NCBI GenBank assembly: GCA_010909165.1
Contig: VJWM01000019.1
Coordinates: forward strand, 992,001 to 1,056,000
Direction of reading: 5' to 3'
Source of the DNA: Anthoceros angustus
Taxonomy: Eukaryota; Plantae; Anthocerotophyta
Length of the DNA stretch: 64,000 bases
Of this stretch, positions 59,301 through 64,000 are shown piece by piece. The translations under genes were made by a program, and so were the position numbers. The notes under the pieces were generated by a model. That model ran no database searches and was not told where the DNA came from. It was given only the letters and a program-made list of their open reading frames with translations. Position 1 is the first letter of the stretch; each line of letters begins with the position of its first letter.

Positions 59301-62300
59301 AAGCTGGAGATTTTGTGAGCGATGACATCTGGTACCGAGTTGTTCAGTTCGTGACCAATAATGAAGATCTTCAGGTACTTGTTAGCTCATCTCTATGGTG
59401 AATGCAAGCAGAAACCAAATTTCAGATCAGATTGGGTAGAGCACTTTGAGGATGCCCTCTCTTTGCGCCAATCTGTGGCTATGTTTTAATTGCCTCTTAG
59501 AGACAGGCAGTTATGTTTGCATTGCCATGTGCAGGCATATGCTGCTCAGAAAGCCAAGGAGTATCTTGATAAACCTGCCGTACATGAGACCATGGTTAAG
59601 GTGTGGACAAACAGATCATTTCTGTACCGTACATCTTGGTGGATATGTTGGGTTTTCTTCCTATTGTTATACATGGAAATCAATTTATCTGGGAGTCTTC
59701 ATGGAACAGGTAGCTGGGTATCTTCTAGGGGAGTACAGTCATTTGCTAGCCAGAAGACCTGGCTGCAGTCCGAAAGAGATTTTTGGGATTATCCATGACA
59801 AATTCCCCACAGTTTCGTATGTACATCTACTTATATTCTTGGCTAGCTTGAAGTGACTCATGTTCGTATTTCTGCATTCACTTGTCACATCATTATTACC
59901 AGGTTGGGTTTGGTATGTCGCTTATGCTCCTACGTTGTGGTGCAGAACATCCACAAAGGCTCTGCTTTTGTCAGCGTATGTGAAAATTCTGATGCACTCA
60001 CAGCCAGCAGATCCTGAGCTCAGAGACCTAGTCCTCTCTGTCTTCAGAAGGTCATAGCCAACTACTTTTGACGTTGATCCAGGGGCACGGCTAATGGGAT
60101 TTGTTGGTTTGAGCAGTACCTGCTTAATAGGCTTGCAAAACTTAAGGCTTATCGTGCTCCCAGGTATGAGAGCTTCATTGATGCTGAAGTGCAGCAGCGT
60201 GCTGTCGAATACTTTGCCCTTACACAGAAGGGAGCACCTATGGTGGACATCTTGGCAGAAATGCCAAAGTTCCCAGAACGTCAGGTACTATCTGATGTGT
60301 TGGACATCCTTCATGAAAGCCGATGCATCTGTTCCACCATGGAGAATTATAAAATTGGTGCGTTCCATTTGCAGTCTGCACTCATTCGGAGAGCTGAAGA
60401 CACTGAAAGTGATGCAGCTGAACTGAGTGCAACCAAACTGAGGTTACAACAACAGACGTCGAATGCTGTGGTCCTAGCAGACAAGGTTCCATCCAATGGC
60501 ACCTCTCATCACCTTCCAATAAATCGGCCAACAGTTGCTGCTCGAAGTGTTGTAAGTTACTGCTCCTGAAGTCTTGAGCTAGGGTAAAGGTACGATCAGT
60601 ATGGGGAGCTTTGCAAGGTGCAGCTATCTGGATGTATCTGAAGACTTTTTGAGATTGTTGTGTAAACAGATGCTTTTTTCTGTAGATGAAAGAACCTTTG
60701 CATTGTACTTCAAGATAAATGAGTCAGGACATTGAATTTCTCCTGGAATTTCGCTTCATGCATGTATCTTAACTCACAATGTGGCTGCAGGATCGACCTG
60801 GAATGCCTGACCAGGGTCGGCAGGTGCCATATTCTAATGGGACTTCGGTAACTGAATCTGGTTTCCCACCTCAGCCCGAGGCACCTGCCCGAGTTGTTGA
60901 CACAACTGCGGATCTTCTTGGAGATTTGCTTGCTCCTCTTGCCATTGAGGCTGCTCCTGGCTCCGTGGCGGCACCTTCAACTCCACCGAATGTTATTCTG
61001 TCACTGGAGGCACCTCCAGGACCTTCTGCTGTTAGCGGTGGTGGTGTGGGCGATCCATTAGCTCTAGCACTTTATGAGCAGAGTTCCACTGTGCAGGTGA
61101 AGCTTATTTCTTCTAAGGCAATATGTATGAGGTTGAACGTCTTCTCTAGTGCATTACACAGCACTGCATGTGTGCATGATGTTCTGGTACCTCCTAAGGG
61201 TGGCTTCAAATCTGAGTTACCTTTTGTCATTTCTAACCATGCAATTGTGTTGGCTTGTCGTGTCCTTCAATACAAGCAGCCTATAGGTAGTATCGCTGAA
61301 TGGTTCCGGGCTCTCACATTGAAAGACAGTGGCATATTGTACGAGGACCCCTACATCCAGGCAAGAACATTCTAGAAGTATATAGTGTGGACAGTGTAGC
61401 AGTTGTGTGTATCAGTTGCTTCTGAGTATTACGTTGATTTTTTTGAGTGGGATTTTGGGGATTGAGCCTGTGCGGGATCTGCAGATCGGTATCAAAGCAG
61501 AATGGCGAGGTCCTTTGGGTCGGCTTGTTTTGTTTCTCGGCAACAAGAGTACAGGGCCACTGCAAGCCGTCCGAGCTTTGTTTCTTCCTCCTCGACATCT
61601 TCGGGTTCAGCCATCGCCTCTTCCTGAGAGTATTCCTCCCAGGGCTCAGGTCCTTCACCTACACAGTGCAAACTGTTTTTTTCTGCCTGAATCTAGCATT
61701 CTCCTATATCACTTTCCATTTGGTTGCAACTGACGTGTTTAAAGTCTGTGATCACAGGTGCAGTGTCCGGTTGATGTTGCTTGCATAACTGCCAGCAGGG
61801 AGCTGCCTGTGTTCGACTTCTCATACACAACGTCAGCTATTCCTGTATGTTCCCTTCAGTTCAGCTTCTCTAAATGGCTCATGAGTGGAAAACATCCTGA
61901 CAAATACTCTTGGTACAGGTGAACCTGAAGTTAAGACTTCCTGTAGTCATCGCCAAATTTCTTCAGGCCTCTCCGATTTCACCAAATGACTTTGTTGTGC
62001 AATGGAAAGCTCTTGTTGGACCTCCCACAAAGCTGCAGGAAGTTGTAAGCATTAAGCGGTAGTTGGGTACCTGCACCATGTGCATCTCGTGTGTACATCA
62101 TGGTTCTGAATTCTCTTGTTGTAATGCAGGTTCGTGGAGTACGTCCAATTCCGCTCGTTGAAATGGCAGACCTATTTACAAGCATCCATATCGCTGTTGC
62201 CCCTGGGCTTGTGAGTACATCGATGTACATCAGGATTGCTTGTGTCATGGTATAGTAAGAAGTAACGAAGCAGCATGTCTCTAATGTAACATTTGAATGT

Positions 62301-62794
62301 GTGGCTGAACTGTTGCAGGACCCGAACCCAAATAACATTGTAGCAGCTGCAACTTTCTTCTCTGAGGCTGGAGGTGCCATCATGTCTCTGGTGAGTCCTA
62401 GATGAAAGCGTGACAAGGGCCTCCCTACTCACCTGCTGCTGTTAGCACTAACAAGAATTGTGCTCACAGATCCGGGTGGAAACCGATCCCGCTGACAGAA
62501 CCCAAGTGCGACTTACAGTGGCAACTCCAGATCCCGCTGTGACCTTCGAGTGAGTCTCGTATGAAGTACAAAGCACGTGCTATGCTTTGCTCTTGAGAAC
62601 AACTCTTTTCATAAGGGTTCTGTATGTTTTGCAGGCTGAAGGAATATATCAAGGACCAATTAGTGGATATCCCATCGGAAACGGCTGCATTTATCTCTGC
62701 ACCGCTGGCACCTCCCAGTGCCCCAGCCCCTGCTCCTACGCCGCAATCTTTGGGTTTCACAGGCCCTGCAGCTGCACTTGCCGGTTTACTGTAA
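56365..62794 (+). CDS. AP2A: AP-2 complex subunit alpha (alpha-adaptin), many exons
   Basis: [43 protein letters not shown]; [24 protein letters not shown]; [10 protein letters not shown]; [10 protein letters not shown]; [14 protein letters not shown]; [12 protein letters not shown]; end ALAGLL*. Confidence 0.97.
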
Positions 62795-64000
62795 CCCCTG
62801 TCTTGTGTCGCTCAGTCTGGTGCCTGGTGCTCAGCATCGCTAGCACGATGCTTATGATTTCACTCCGGAGGTTTATGCTTTATCTTGCAAGTGGTTATCA
62901 GGAATTGCATGACCCAGTGACATCTGATGATGACTTCTGGAACGGCCGTGTATGTTGTGCCACATGCCTGTCAAATGCCTAAGCTTCAGCCTCGTAAGGT
63001 GCATGAAACCTTTAACCATGGTTGCAGGAACTAGATCTCATTCTTGAGGGTACCTATAAGAAAATGCAAGCATGCCGCTGCCGATTTATTGTCTCAATTG
63101 TATTGGTACTTATGTTAGGTCTCTTGTTCCATTCCTTGTCACTAGAGTGCCCGTTGCGTATGGGATTGCCCGACTCTAGTGATTGTTCAAAGCACAGGGA
63201 GCCGGGAATTAGGGTTGTCATTTTTGTCAAGAAATTGAATCGCTAGTGCGGGGTTGCAGCCCAACACCTAATCAGTTACCTCATAATAAGGCGGGGCTTT
63301 TTGAAATTTTTGCCTCTAAGTAAGATTTTGTTACGTATTTAAATTATATTATAGGTTAACCGTGCCCCTACGGAGGAAGATTGGTAGCATTTGTCTGCCC
63401 GTGTGATGTGGATTAAGTATCCAACAGCCTTGCTACCACGCACTGACATAGCCGAGTTGGTCTGGCGCCAGTGTAGCATTCTGGTCCGAAATGGTTCGGG
63501 TTGGGATTCCGTTGTCAAGACTTCCTATCAGTCTTCTTCAGTCTTCACTCTGTCCATAGACTGTGCTGTCGAAGTGTACAGTTTGGCTATGGCAGAGGCA
63601 TCGCCCATCGCTCAGCTGAGTCTACCTCGTTCCTCCTCCCCCTCTGCTAGCTTGTTCCTACGTGGGCTCCAGGAATCAAACCCTCGCTCCTACCTGTGAT
63701 CATTTTCTTTCTCAATCCCTTTGCGAATGATCACAACCGGCTTTTTGTGTTGTGGATGCGCACATCAGTGCACCTGTTCTGCCCTGCCGAAACTGGAAAA
63801 CCGGTCGGATCTCGCGACCCTGCTGGATCGCCGCCATCAAGGTAGCATTGCGTCAGAATTCACAGATTCCGCCAGCCAGAGCGTGGAGGCCCTGCTGCGC
63901 ACAAGTTCAGGATGATACAACTCCCAGCATTGCGACGGTACACGCGCCTGGAGACGAAACTTGAGCTTCTTCCTGTGACACAAGTGGGGAAGAAGAAGAA

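Noticed and set aside
63589-64000. 5' end of a further plus-strand gene (MAEASPIAQLSLP...)
   Set aside because: All frames close quickly, no family is recognised and the window ends; cannot be supported.

Overview
Gene-dense land-plant nuclear DNA with short GT-AG introns. A seed-free vascular plant (fern or lycophyte) is inferred from the style of the PLS-class PPR genes, but this is not proven. Exon structures were read by hand. Recognisable genes in order: laccase (+), chlorophyll b reductase NYC1 (-), a decayed PPR (-), two tandem SPX-RING NLA/BAH1-like E3 ligases (-; one canonical, one with a degenerate SPX basic surface), GEX1 (+) in an AT-rich block, three tandem STIG1-like Cys-rich peptide genes (-; one intact, two pseudogenes) around another decayed PPR, a PTM-like DDT-PHD gene (-), a 1307-aa PLS-E+ PPR with seven L motifs carrying a 16-aa insertion (+), stomatin-like SLP (-) and AP-2 alpha-adaptin (+). 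The most unusual part is the AT-rich, minisatellite-rich block at about 41.9-52.9 kb. There, two paralogous intronless orphan genes bracket a co-oriented, intronless cluster: thymidine kinase pseudogene, decayed ORF, BAH-like/PHD remnant and an intact stand-alone haspin-like kinase. This looks like cargo of a large mobile element or endogenous virus, although no transposase, capsid or terminal repeats could be identified.
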